Part shown: in pieces, positions 1 through 13,500 of the stretch
Layout of the letters: every line of letters starts with the position of its first letter
How positions within the stretch are numbered: the first letter of the stretch is position 1
Source of the DNA: Podarcis tiliguerta
Taxonomy: Eukaryota
Strand: one strand, 5' to 3'
DNA: 64,000 nt
NCBI GenBank assembly: GCA_965153285.1
Contig: OZ229111.1
Program-made: the position numbers and the translations under genes
Notes under the pieces: model-generated
Seen by the model: only the letters and a program-made list of their open reading frames with translations
The model's database searches: none
What the model was told of the DNA's origin: nothing

Positions 1-3000
1 TGGCCAGGGTTGAAGTAATCCCAAGTGTAACCCACCTTCCTTTTTTGTTTTCTTAAACCCAGTTTCAGTGTGATGGTGTCAGTTTCCTTTCTGGAGCCCC
101 AGCAGTATGTTCCCTGCTTCTAGAAGCCTCTGAAGGGTGAATAAGAATTTTAAAGAAGTACTGCTGCCACTCAAGAAATAGAAACTTCTACGGTCCCTGT
201 GGCATCCAGTTCAACTCATTGTCCCACTCTTGATGACATACTATTTTCTGTCTATCCTTGGACTAGTATTTTGCTGCTTCTTTTCATATGCTAAAGTCTT
301 GCACAGTTGGACTTGCATTGGATTGAAAGATGGGAGGTGTATTCCAGCCCTTGGAAGGGTGAGCTGAATACTTGGACAATTGTTGTTTTGGGGTAATTTG
401 GGGAGCCCAGGGAGCACACAGTTGATTGTGTGCTCCCCCCTCTGCTACCCGCCATCTTGCAAGGTTTCTAAAAGATTCAACTCACCTTTCACTTGTTTCT
501 TATTCCTGTTTGTCTTCCCCGTCATCTGCGAATGACAGGCAAGGCAGAAAATCTGCCCTGTGTTCAGACAGTAGGAAAAATCTCATCAAGTTGGTTTCCT
601 ATTCCTGCTTTTAACTGGGAGGATCTGAAATCAGCAGGGTTATATTCCTTAAAGGGAGCTGTAATCAGGAACTCTTAAATTTGCCAGCACACAGCAGTTC
701 ACAAGTACACCCTCATGAACTATCATTTGGCAACCCATGAACAAGAAGAAAACTCTTTCTGCTTGATTATAATACTGTGGTGGCTATGAGTATATTCTAT
801 TGGGCTGTAAGGCTGCGGGGACAAGGAGGGGCCACAGACAGATTTATTAATGGTGCCTCGGCTCCCACAGAAGCCTGCCCAAGTCTTGATTTCCGTCCTG
901 GCAGCCCCAAGTGAGAGGCTTTAATCTAATTTCATGCCTTATTTGCGCCAATTTGTTTTTCAATCAATCTTGCTCAGCAAGAAGAAAGGATATTGCTAGG
1001 GGCTTATTTGTTCGGTCTTGTTCCAAGGGTGAGGTTAATAGCAGTTATGCTTTGCTGGGATTGCTGCAGGGTTCATGGAGCTTTACTTGTTCACTTCAGC
1101 TCCCTGTTTGCATCTGGCACATCCTCTTCTGCCCTAACTTTACATACCAACCACGCTTTACATACCAAGGGCACTTGAACCAGTTTGAGCAACAGAACCC
1201 TGCAACTTGACTTCAGTAGGACTTTTGTTCTTAAAATAGATTATATGTCTCTGCAATTGTTGTTGTTAAATTTATCACAGGCCCTTCACCAGCAGATCCC
1301 AAGGCAGGTTACAAATAATTTAAAATTCAGAATTAGGAAGTTACAGTTACTTATAAGAAGCACTACAAAGCTGCTTAAACACTATGAGCAGACCAAGAGC
1401 CATGCCAGGCGTGCTGTAGAAGTGGCAAGAGAGAGGAAGCCAAACTTCCCCTTTCCATTCTCCTAGATCTCATCCAAAGGGGTGTGGTGCATATTCACCC
1501 CCATGGGTGAGCTGGGTGTTCTTCCACTGCAGGAACAAACACAGTGGGGAAAATATCTATGAAGGGCAGGGCCAATCTACCCTGCTTTGTGTGAGACATG
1601 GAAGCATGGGGAGAGGAAGTGTGCTTCTTTAGAATATCCAGTGTGGCTCAGAGGGAGCTGGTATCAGTGAATTGGCATTTGTCAGGACAAAAGCTGCAAC
1701 TCTGCTCTAGTGAATCTGTAGAATTATCTAGCCAGCCTCCTCGGAATCACCTTGAGCATATGAACTGCACCTGCAACACAGAATGTAATTTCTATTATAC
1801 AACCTAGGACTAGCAAAGTAGTGTCACCACACAATTGCTTTGGGATTCAGGGAGAACCACTGTCAGGTTTTAGACCCTGTTTGTGAGAGCTAGTGCTTTC
1901 ACATAACAGTTGGCTCTGGCTACTTGCATAGCTTGTTATAAATGACATGTCTGCACAAATGCTGCCCAGTTGCAAGACCGAGGCAGCCTTGCACACTTTA
2001 AAAGGTGATAATGGGGGAGCAGCTGGTACGGGCCTTAGCTAGTGCCAAACTGTGGAGGAAATCCATTTGGTTTAGCCATTGTCTCTACCGCTACAAAGCA
2101 AGCAAGTAAAAACCAGATGGCTATTGAACTATGTTCTTGTTTCTTACTTCCATTCTCCAGCTGCTAGAAGGTTTAAGGAAGTCTGGACATGTTTAGCCAG
2201 GCCAAAAGTAAATAGATATTTATTTGTTTGTTGCTGTTATTTGTGTATTAAGCATTTGAAAATACGGATAAGCCCTGTACAAAGAGTAGAATGGACAAAT
2301 CTCTGCAATAATGGCATTCATTCTAACATGGGCATGCCTGATATAAATGCTATAGGAAAGGAAGAGTAATGCTTGACATGTCAAGAGTGATGCTATTCTT
2401 GAAAATCAAATATAAAAAGATACATTAAATGGTTCCAGAATAGCTTTTTAAAAATTGAATAGCAGAGTCAGACAATACACTAAAAACACACACACACACA
2501 AAAATTTAACAACAAAATAATTTATACAAGTCCCTTTTGATAGTAAAGTAAAAAAAAAATTCAGAAGTGGATGAAATGGATTCATCTATAAAATTATAAA
2601 TGGGATATAAAAACACAATGTACATTGAACCATGAAGGAAATAAAAAAAGAGAAAAAGGTCTTGCCTGTTCACTGACTCCACCAAATAAAATAAAATTTG
2701 ATGGGATTTGCTACCCATGTGATTGTGATGTCATATATTTAATAAATAACCCTCTAAATAGAGGAGACATTTGACCCCTCAAATATTACACCAGACTCAA
2801 AATCTTGATGTAGTTGGTTTATTGTCTTTCCTTCACCACTGACAAGACTTTTGCTTTTTTAAAATTTAAAGAGAGGTATAATAAAATATTATTGGAGTCA
2901 AAGGAACAAATAAAACTGAGTTTCTCTTCAGCCTAATGTGAGCCCTGTCTATCAGTGCCACATGATGACATTCCTAATCCACACAAGGCATGCTAAGCAG

Positions 3001-6000
3001 TTTACACATGTATGATGTCACGTCATAACTTGCATAGAGGTTTCATGTTAATCCTGTTCTCAGAATGCCTTCTATGAAGAAGTATCTTCTTCTGCAAAGT
3101 AGTTCTCATGTAACAACAGTTAGTGTTCTGTCTGATAGATCCACCCAGGCTTTGTGCTGAATTATGGTACCAAGGCAGAACCACTGCATGCCATTTTCTG
3201 CAATGGGAACAGCATCTCCAGCCCCCAGCCCCTCAGTGACCCGTCACCTTAAGGTTGCAAAGATAAAGGCAGGCTCAATCAATGAAAGGCTTGAAGCAGC
3301 AAAACATTTGGAGGAAATTGTAGCTACTTGGCAGAGAAAGCAGACACTGGCTCTGCAAAAGCATTTTTACTGTCACCCATGGAACCATTTGCTGCTCTGA
3401 AGTTGATCTTGAAGATATTAAAACCAATAAACTCACTCCAAGGACAGATTGAGCCTGAACATAAAATCATAGAATTGCAGGATGGGATGGGACCTGCATA
3501 TCACTGAGTTCTTGTAGCAAGAGTAAGGAACCATCACTAATTGATTGGCCTACTTAATCTGAATTGTATTTTAACATGGGAGATAGAAATGGTGCCAGAT
3601 ATTCTGTTAGTAAAAGAACAAGGTTACCAAAAGCAATACCCCAGGTAACCTACCTGTGAGGTGTTTCCTGCTTTAGCTTTTGACTTCTCATTGCACCCTT
3701 TATCTCCAGCACTGGCTGCATGATTATGGAGGGCCATGTGCCTCATATTTGTGTTTTGGAGAAACGTCTGAAAATGTTCAGATGGATTATCTGGAAATGG
3801 CTATTCTCTCTAACTGGAATTTGTTTTGGGATTTAGTGGAAACCTAAAGTCAACCCTCGTGTCTCATTCCTTTTTAACACTTTGATGTGATCAGCTATGG
3901 AGAATGGGTAATTTTACTAGTTCTTTTCCTGCTCCTCAGAGCAGGATTTTATTACAGTTTTGGCCCATTGTTCAATGACACCATTTCTCCCTCTCCTTCT
4001 CTTTCTCTTACATTCTATACCTCATGCTGAAATTGTGGCCTGCTGCAGGATTTGGGGTCAAGCAGCTTCTTATAAAGGGGTTTGGAGACCTGGCTTTGCA
4101 GCTGGAACTCAAAGCAGCTGGAGCATGCAGTTCCACAGAGACTGGATTAACTTGAAATTACGCTGTCTGTTGACTCGTTGGCCCATATTTTCGCTATGTG
4201 TGTTGTACTGTATAGAGCTTAGTAGCTACCCAAGAATATGCATTGATCCCTTTTTAATGAAGTGTCCGCATGGTACCCACTGGTAGTTTTCTTGTCATCT
4301 TTAGCTGTTCGATCTTCTCAGGAGACAGGTGCTGCCTGCTCCTACACACTGGGTGTGACGTAGTAGCACAAGAGAACAAGGAATTTTACAGGCATGGAAA
4401 ATGCTTAAGCAGTGTTCTTATTTAGGGTGTTTGATTCATCCAGCTGTAGAAACAGAGCCAATTCCTCCAAAAGATCAGCTCTGAAGTCTGCTTCACAGGT
4501 AACTTTCATGTGACTTGGAGATTATCTGTAGTGTTCTGTCTCACCTAAGCATGTTATCCTGCTTAAAATTGTATGGCAAATTTTATGTTGGAGCTCATAA
4601 TGGGAAAGCCATAATAGTTGCCACACAACCCGGAGACATCATGTCTCTGTGTTCTCCCCATCCCAGTTTGTTTCTCTGTGAGATACGTTCTGTTCCTGAA
4701 TCAGACACAAGTGCAACAGTGCTGAATAGTTCTGAGAAATCAAGATGATGATATTGATGATGACCATTCTGAGTGGGCAACTGGTGAGCAGCCATGAGAA
4801 ATGAACCCCAAGAAATGTGAATACATAGGGAAATAAAACACGAAGCAGAAGAAGGAATAAAACAGATGTGCTGTGAACAATATGAACCAATCTCCCACAA
4901 AATACAACCAGAATATCATGTACTGCAAACATGTCCACTTTGTCTCTCAAGCATCTGGCTTTCCATCTGGGATGATGCATCCCAGCTGACACAAGAAGTG
5001 CACTTTGTCATAGGCTCCAAATAGCTCTAGCACCGTTGCTCAAGAAGTGTTTAGTGCTGTGTGGTTTTAGTGCCAGGCATTCTGATTATCCTATGATCTC
5101 CATCTCCACATGAACACCATCCTGTGAGCACAGACAGCAGCATGCTGGGAATTCCTTGTTCAAGGATTAGTAGATCATAGAAGGATCAGGGCAGGGAGGT
5201 TTTTCAGGCAAGGCTGTGTGGCAGTTGCTGCCCAGCACATGGAAACCCTAATGATGGGTTTTTAATGCTGTCCTGTCCACACTGTGCAAATACAAGAAGC
5301 ACTAAAACTGATTTGTGAAGGAATCGTTCAGAAAATAACTAAGCTAACAGATAGGAAAGGGGGGGGGGATGCTCCTGACATGTTCTGAAGCTGCAAATGA
5401 GACAAAATAGCCGCCACACCTTTTCATCCTGCTTTAAGGATTTTAAAATTATATATATATATATGAAAGGTACCATTTCTCAAATCTGTTTTGTTTTGAC
5501 TGGGCATGAGATTGCTGGGTTTGAGGTGGCAGCTTGCCAAGGTTGTTTGTTTGTTTGTTTGTTTAAATAAGACTAACATTTTCTCCAATCTGGGGAGGTT
5601 TATGTGTGTTGTGTTCCCCTGTGGTACCCCAGCTCCTGGAGAGCCTTGCTGTTCTTACAAACTGCACAAGTGGGCTTCCACTTGCTGAGCCTTGGTACTT
5701 TGGCCTTGGTCAGGGCAGTAGACACACTCCACAAAGCTTCTCTCACATATCCCCCCCCCCACCAGAAGAGTGCTTGGTCCAAACAGAGAGAGAATCAAGA
5801 TGCAGGAGAGTGAATATGCTGTACATGCCTTGTGTTACAGTGAAGGAAATGGGGGATAAAAGCATCATCTACTACAGCACATCTGTAGTCCTGTTTTGTT
5901 TCTGTGCATAAATGCTGAGCTCTGTTCAGAGTCAGAAGTTGAAAGTGCAGCAAGTGAATAATTCACTTTTCAATTTTCCTGTGATTATTTATACATTTTG

Positions 6001-7953
6001 GACTGATATTAACTGCTGTTGCAGAGAGTTTCATGAACATACATTGCCATAATGCAGCAGGTTAGCAACACTGTCCTTAATAGATAACCTAAATGCACTC
6101 TGTTGTTGCTAGATAGTTTCTGTGTCAATTGTGAAGGGGCTATGTGTAGTTTGAGGCAAGCAGGAATACTAGTGAAAAGTATTTGGAGTTGTACTCTTCC
6201 ACCTTTCTCAAGTGTTAAATTGAGATGGCAAGTGAAATTGCCATCAATGAAATCTTAAACAAGTCTTCAAGAGATGCCTGAAAGTCAAAAGCAAGGGTGT
6301 ATGCTGAATCTCTGTTGGAAGAGTATTGCTCAGCTTGAGACCAGTGATGCTAAACAGTTAGAAGCAATAACGCCAGAAGTTCCATGCAGAAATAAGGTTC
6401 TGTTGGGGTACTGCCAGTGTACATTTCATTTTCTCAAGCAGCAGTCCACGGCCTAAAGCCTGGGAGATCACTCACCACCTCAGTATTGTATGCAACACTC
6501 TTGAGCCTTGCCTTGGTTCCTAGGGGATCAGCCAGAAATATTAGTGATTTATCAACTCAATTGAGACAATGTACTTTTATTGTCACAACAAAGGAAATGG
6601 CATGCAGAGGGCAAAACATAGAAAAAATAAGAAACAAAATTTCCTTCAGAAAGTGCATATTCTTGGATATTGGGGAAAGGTAGAAGTAAATAAAAAGGAC
6701 TGCATAGAAACATGAATTTGAACCACAATTCCATTTAGAACTTAAACGAAAGCTTGACTTATTATTCAATTATACATCGTGATATATTATACAAGTACCT
6801 TTGTTTCAACCCCAAACTGACCCAAAATTGCTTTTATCATCTCTTGGTTGAAAATGTCTGTCTTACTTTTCTTTGTTGCTGCCTGCATGCTCTCAGCTTC
6901 TGTTGATGGATCAGTAATTGGAAGCAGTCAGAACAGTGTTCAACACAGTGGATGGGGGCTCTAGCCAACCTGGTAACACACATTCAGGCTTTTGCTCATT
7001 GACTTGGGACAGAGAATTCACCTTTTCCTCCAGGACTTGGAAAATGACTATAATAATGCAGCCCTACTCTTACAGAAGACAATGGCAAGACCCCCGTTTA
7101 ATCTAACTGAATTGCAGCCTTTGATAGTGGTAAACTAACTGAGGTTAGGTGAGATGAGTCTTTTAAAATATATATATTGTCAGTAGATCCACAGAACTGT
7201 TCCATAGTAAATAGTTCAAGGACAAATATATTAGTGTGAGATGGGCCCAGAACAATTCAGTGTATGGTAAATGATGGACCATGAACAACAAGGAGAGTTA
7301 GTCAGTCTGAAAGAAGCACCCAATCCTTCATGATGTTTGCTTTATAGCAATGGGCAGATCGCTTTAACTGTCCTTATGGGGCTGCCTACCTTCTCCATTT
7401 CTGGTCCTTCTAATCCTGATGTGGCCAATGTCTTTCCACAAGGGATGCACTCTTAGGCAATAATTAGAGCTGTTGAACTGTACTTGTACTGAGCTATATT
7501 TTAATCAGTAGGCAAAGCTCTGCATCAGGCAGTGGTGTAAAAGAAGGGCAGAGGGAGGTTGTAGGTGTGAATGTGGTGGGGCTGGACTTTTCTCTTTCTC
7601 CATTGCTCGTGAGTATAAATATGAAAATTTCTAAGTATTTTTATTACCTTTATCTGTACATCCTGTTTGCAACACAATCAGGTAGGCAATTACACTATAC
7701 AGATTTATAACCTTAAAGGATGCTGTTCTGGCTAGGAAGGAGGGATTTCAGTAAATAATATTGCTGTGGTTGCTCATTTCCATTGTATAGTCCCCTGTAT
7801 GGTCATAGGGCCTCTCGTTCTTGAGCATACTGCTTGCAGACAAGCAAGAGGTGAATATGATCAGTCATAGGTAGGAGACCTATGTTAGCTGATTTGAGCA
7901 TGCTAAAGAAAGAGCAGGACATGAACATATAATGAACCATAATATTTACCAAT

Positions 7954-8100
7954 CAGTGGCGTAGCGTGGGGGGTGCAGGGAGGGCCGGCTGCACCGGGCG
8001 CAACATCTGGGGGTTAGGGTTAGGGGGCGCAAATCCACGGGTTAGGGGGCGCAAATTACTTGCCTTGCCCCGGGTGCTGACAACCCACGCTACGCCACTG
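7954..8100. mobile_element. Non-autonomous hAT-superfamily DNA transposon (MITE), 147 bp, with internal TTAGGG repeats
   Basis: Perfect 17-bp TIRs CAGTGGCGTAGCGTGGG / CCCACGCTACGCCACTG; exact 8-bp TSD TTACCAAT at 7946-7953 and 8101-8108 (8-bp TSD is the hAT hallmark); CpG-rich versus flanks. Confidence 0.92.
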
Positions 8101-9150
8101 TTACCAATCACTGCAGAAAAGCAAGTTGCCCATCATCATATGTTTTCCTAACAGCAAAGTATAATTCCTGACAGATCTGTGCACCATTTGGATAAGCAGG
8201 AACACTGCTGTAGAAACACTATACTCTGGCATACCTGGGAAACATAGTGCAGGCTGAGCTATGTGCAGCCCAGCCTTGCCAGAGACTGGAGAGAGAAAGA
8301 AATACCACAGCAAATAACAGTTTTTCATGCTCAGGGTCAAGCTGCACTCCCAATGCTCAAAAGTGGCATGAAAATAGTTCTAGCACAGCCAAAGCAGGAT
8401 GGAGGCAGTGCCAAAAAACTCAACACAGCGTTACATTAGTGGCACTGGAACACAGGATGATGTTCAGGAGGAGTAAATCCATCGTATCACAGCAGTAAGG
8501 CCCATAGAAATGAAGCAGTCCCACTGGGGCATTTTATTTGCACACTCCAGTAGAGTGGACGCCAAAGGCTTTGCTAATGCTTCATAGGCTGCTAATTTCC
8601 TCCCTGACCCCTTTTGTTGAGGAGTGACCCCAGCCAGAATCCCTTTGCAATGAATGCCAAAGCCTGACACAGGTCTGGGTTAGGGGGTGACAAAGAGGCC
8701 TCTGTGGGCTTTAATCAGACTCCAGTTTGCAGTTTAAGAACTGGGGGGGGGGGGGCTGTGGCTCTCTAAAGATCTGGGTGGCACAATAAGCGAGGCCCTG
8801 GGGTCTCCCATGGAGGCAACCAAGTTGTGGCAGCCTGCAGAGGACAGCTTAAAGAATTTGTCAGGCGGGGATAGGAGGGGAGGGAAAGGGAGAGGAGGAT
8901 AGCTTCTTTTGTGAGTTACTTTCTTTAGAAAGGAAGGTTTTCAGTGAATGCCCCCATTAGATGACCCAATCAGGTCCTGGCAGATGGATATCACAGGCAT
9001 GCTGCTTATTCATAGCAGGCTACAGCTTTCACTGTTCCCTTCTCCCCTCACACACACACTCCCTTCTTTTCCCAAGTCTTTCATTCATTTTAAGACTAAT
9101 TTGTTTTGTTAATGTTTTCTTCTGTCTCTTCCTCCTCGGCTCCCCTGAAG

Positions 9151-9225
9151 ACTGTGATTCATACTGCAAGGCATCCAAAGGGAAACTGAAGATCAACATG
9201 AAGAAGTATTGCAAGAAGGACTATG
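9151..9225 (+). CDS. NTN1: Netrin-1 penultimate coding exon (75 bp, phase 1/1): (D)[24 protein letters not shown](A), start of the C345C/NTR domain
   Basis: Translation matches vertebrate netrin-1; polypyrimidine tract then AG at 9149-9150; donor GTGAG at 9226; splices in frame (G|CT = Ala) to the exon at 21008. Confidence 0.97.
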
Positions 9226-10016
9226 GTGAGCTACCGTCCCTCCCCCCCCCCCCCCAGGGCACCCTAGAGTTAGTGCGCGCCTGCCTTATGTCAGAAATTT
9301 CAATTTAAGTTCAATTTATTTTCTGAAATACCATTGGATTCCTCTCTAAAATTGATGGGCCTGGGCCTGCATTTGTGGTAAGCAGGATTTGTGACACTTT
9401 GTTTCTGGAGAAGCCCCTGCCAAAGGGTGCAGCAGAGGGACATAAATACTGGGAAGGTGTGGGAGCGGTGTGGCACGTAGACAGTTTGGTTTTGCTCAGA
9501 GAGCTTCAAATGACCACTCAGTCTTGTCACTCACTGACAGTCTAACTACATGATGGTAAATGCCTCACTGGCAATTTGGTTGGTGGTTTTTATCTAATAT
9601 TTTGTGTATGTGTGGGAAGGGAGAGAGACCTTCATGCTGTAGGCCAAATTAGGTCCATCAGTCCAGCCAAACATGGCTGCTTTGGCTGGCCACACCCACC
9701 TGCCACTCACACGATAGCATATGACATCAGGTGCAGGACTAGCAAAGCCATGACTGCCAAGGAACAATTGGGAGTGCACAAGTGTTTGGCAGCAGGGACT
9801 GTCTGAATCAGCATGGAATGCAAACTCCTTTGTGGTCAGTTCCACTTTGGAACTTCAATCCAGAGTGAAGCCAGGCCCCAGCAGAAAGCAGCAGGTCTTG
9901 TATTTTTGGCAGTGTATTCTATTCAAAGCAAAAAGCAAAAGTGCGAGAGAAGCAGGAAAAGTGGGAGAAGGAAGAGAAACTTCCTTGTTTTCCGATTTGC
10001 AAAAGCTGCTTGATGG

Positions 10017-10017
<1 letters not shown>

Positions 10018-10064
<47 letters not shown>
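10018..10064 (+). repeat. (TTA)n microsatellite, about 15 units
   Basis: Uninterrupted TTA run; explains the poly-L/poly-N/poly-Y ORFs in the track. Confidence 0.97.
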
Positions 10065-10066
<2 letters not shown>

Positions 10067-10429
10067 TTCCTTTCTGATGTGATTTGTCAGTGGTTTTCCA
10101 GCGAAAGTCAGCAATCACGTAATATGCCATCAATTATCTTTTGCTTCATCTGAGGACACAGAGATGGTCACAGATGAGAAACCTAACTAGTTTGCATTTG
10201 ACCATTCATGTTAAAATATGTACAACTGTGCATAAAACCGTAGAACTGGAACTAAAAGGACATCAATGGGAACTAATAGGCTATTCTGTACCTGAGGCAT
10301 GCCCAAATTATTCGTAAGAGTATGGTGTGTTTAACTTTGCTTACTGTTTAAGAACACTGTAGAAGTGATCAGGAGGTGTTTGACAGTGTTAAGAGTTTGT
10401 GGGTGCTAGACACCCTAAATTCCTGGATT

Positions 10430-10562
10430 CAAGAATCCTGGAAATTATATTTGCCCCTCAAAGAACTGTAGTTCCTAACACCCTTAAAAAACTGCCATTC
10501 CTAGGATTCTTTTTTTGGGGGGAAGGGTGTGTGTGCTTTGAATGAATGGTGCATATGCAGCC
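10430..10562. mobile_element. Degenerate palindromic non-autonomous DNA-transposon-like repeat (partial)
   Basis: AAGAATCCTGGAAAT ... ATTCCTAGGATTCTT inverted pair and a GGTGCATATGCAGCC terminus, resembling a common lizard palindromic repeat; no TSD confirmed. Confidence 0.5.
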
Positions 10563-13500
10563 TAGGTTAGAATTCTATACAACATTCTTTGACACCAGTT
10601 CCCTCCCTTGAAAAAAATAGGCAATGGTTAACCTCTGAGTATTTATCCAGATTATTGCTGACGGTACCTTCTTTGCTTAAACAGTGGTACAAAAATCTAT
10701 ACAACTTGAGTCTAACTATTATACTATTGGGCATATCTGAGAAGTCTGAAGTTATCATTAACACTATTTATGCACCTGCAGATGCTTGGGGGCAGAAGCA
10801 CTTAAGGTTTGCTCTTGGGCAGCATTTCTTTCTCCCCAGATTGGGAATGCCCTGCTCAGGCTTGTGCATATCACCCTTGTTTCTTCTAGCTCCCTTACTA
10901 TTGGTTTTAGTGGTAATGAAATCAATCCCTTTCTCAGCCTAATCTCATTCTCAGGCTAATCCTGGCCATGGTCTGTTTCTATTCTAGCAGAACTTGAAAA
11001 TGTAGCCTTTAAATTGCTGGTATGCCTATTGGTCATGTATGCACATGATGAACTATGCTGATTGCTGGAGGTCTCTGGAAAAGATTTCTCTGTCTCTCTC
11101 TCCCCCCCCCCCCCCCCGTTTCCTCACTGAATCAGAATTTCCAGCAGCAGCACCACATTCTGCTCATTTGAAACTTAAGGCACACTTTGGATGTGATTGC
11201 AAATGTTGAACTAAATTCAAGGTAGCACGCCTTCGCAACTTCTTCTTGCCACAAGGGAATTTCTGGCAGTAACTCAGTTTGCTCTGTTCAGGGGACGTGT
11301 TGGGATTTTGCTTTGTATCTAGGCAGCTTATTGCAAATTCATGGGAGCAAGATTGCACCAAATAACAGGCAAGTAACAAAACGGCCCTCTCCTTGTACAC
11401 AAAATCTCCTCCCACTTCACCAGGCCATGGCCACCTGCCCACTCCAGCAAAACAAAATTCCAACTTGCATTTGCAGAGATAAACCCTGAATAATTTATCA
11501 CATCCTTTTCCCATGGAAGGACAGTGTGCAGACTGTGCATGTATGTGACATTTAGTGAAAAAGTACTGTTGTTAGTTTCTTTGCCAGTCCCCCATTGAGA
11601 GGGTCAAATGCAAAAGCTTGTTGTTTCGACTTGCTTTTTACAAAAAGGCAAATGTGTTCTGAAGCCTAAATGAGAAAGCCCCTCCTCCCTTTCTTCCACA
11701 ATAAATATTCATAACCAGGGCTACAAAGAAGAGTCACATGGCTATGAGCAAACATGAGTTGGGAGGCTATATCTAGCACAGCACAGCACACATCTCAATG
11801 CCAGCTCTAGTCTTTTCTCTTTTTTTGGAGCGGGGGGAGAGGAGATGCCTTCAGTAGGCCTACTCCCTGAGAGAGCCCACATCACCCTTCCTTCCATCTC
11901 CACTGCTCATTCACATACTCTCCCCCTCTCTGGACCCAACCCACAAAACCACCCAGAGGGAAAGCACAAGGCTGGATATTCCTACATCTCCTCCTCTCCC
12001 TTGTTACTGCTTGCATACTCAGAGAGGGCAGGTGAAGGGGCAGTGACAGCACTGAGCAGCAGCATGATCAAGAACCCTAGGGGAACTGCAATATGTCCCT
12101 GAAGGTGCCCAAATACTCCCATCTCTTATGCCAGTCCTGCCTCCCCTCAGTACTCAGTTCTGATCTAGCTTAGAGCCATCTTGCACTTCTGTACTTTCCA
12201 CCTTCTCTGTCCTCTCTTGCACTGAGGTGTGATGTTACTTTCTGCTTTGTTAAGTTGCCTCTGCTGTTACATAACCTTACTCTCCCTAGGAAAGTAAAAG
12301 GCAATGCTTCATAAAATCAGAAATGTCATCTCAGTTTCTTTTTGAAGCTGAGTAAAACGGGGGTGGGGAGGTGCCAGAAGCCTGTTCACTTAAATTAATG
12401 CCTAAGGGTAAGGTGTTGTGTTCTCAACTCACAATCTAAGCCGAGGTGCAGTTGCTCTTTTGGCTCTTCTAGAATCCATTCTTTAGAGATTGCAAGCACC
12501 ATACCCCATTGCATCTCAGTTTTTGGGTCCCACCTATGGATAGGAGGAAAATTTAAATGCAGGTATTTAAATGTTTCAAGCCCCCCCTCCCCCCAGTTTT
12601 AGAACAGACTGCAGATAGGAGTGCTTCAAAATCAAATGATATTCAAATAGGCATGTGAGACCTTGCACACACGATTGTGAGACAACTCCTGATACGCCAA
12701 GTAACATTCACGTACTAGTAGCATGAAAGTTTCTTGCAGCCATGCCTTTAGGTGAGGGCAGCACAGTGTTCAAAACAGTCCAGCTGCAAAGAAAGTGCAG
12801 AGTGGGTTACACAGAGGGACAATAAAGGCTTTTTCGGGACTTCCCAGCAGGAAGCCAATTAGGAGACTGTTTTCTTCAACTTTATGGAATGATAGCAGTT
12901 CTGAATATCCTAACAGGTCCTAATTAGATTGAACATGGTTACTTCCCTTGTGAGCTAAATTGGGGTGCTATCATCTGGACAACTAGCTTCTATAGAGCTT
13001 TTATCATCATTTTAATTTGCTGGCTCAAAAGGGGGAGTGTGTCTTTAAAAATACAAAACAAAGAAAAATCCTGTCTCTTACTATTATTTATATCTTAGGG
13101 GAAAAAAGATTCACAAGCAAATTTAATTCTGTTCAAATATTTGGAGCTGAATAATGCCAGAGGGTACTTAATTTCAACCACCTTTATTTTGGCTCAAACC
13201 AAAATTGCTTTGGTTTGCCTCTAAGTTGAATTAATTAATGACTTTGCTTAACTTCAACAGGAAGGCTAGGGGGGAAATGAGCTGGTAGACTTGGAGAGTC
13301 TGTGAGATTCTGGAACATTTATAAGTAGCTCATTCCATAGCCACAGAATACTAAAAGGCAGGGTTTGCCATGAGACACCAGTGCTGAAGCCACTGCTTCA
13401 TGGGCTATGAAAAGAGATGGCTACTTATTTGCTTCCTTCTTTTCAAAGTGCAAAAATGTTAACAATTTCCTCCTAAAAATCTTCACTGAATCCCTCCTCC

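Noticed and set aside
1-9150. Preceding NTN1 exon (IPVAPPTTAASS..EEP-like linker)
   Set aside because: Not found by eye; probably upstream of the window.
8961-9308. 115-aa ORF as a stand-alone gene
   Set aside because: Only 9151-9225 is netrin-1 coding, bounded by AG/GT; the rest is intron read-through.
9832-10153. ORFs with poly-L, poly-N and poly-Y tracts
   Set aside because: Products of the (TTA)n microsatellite.
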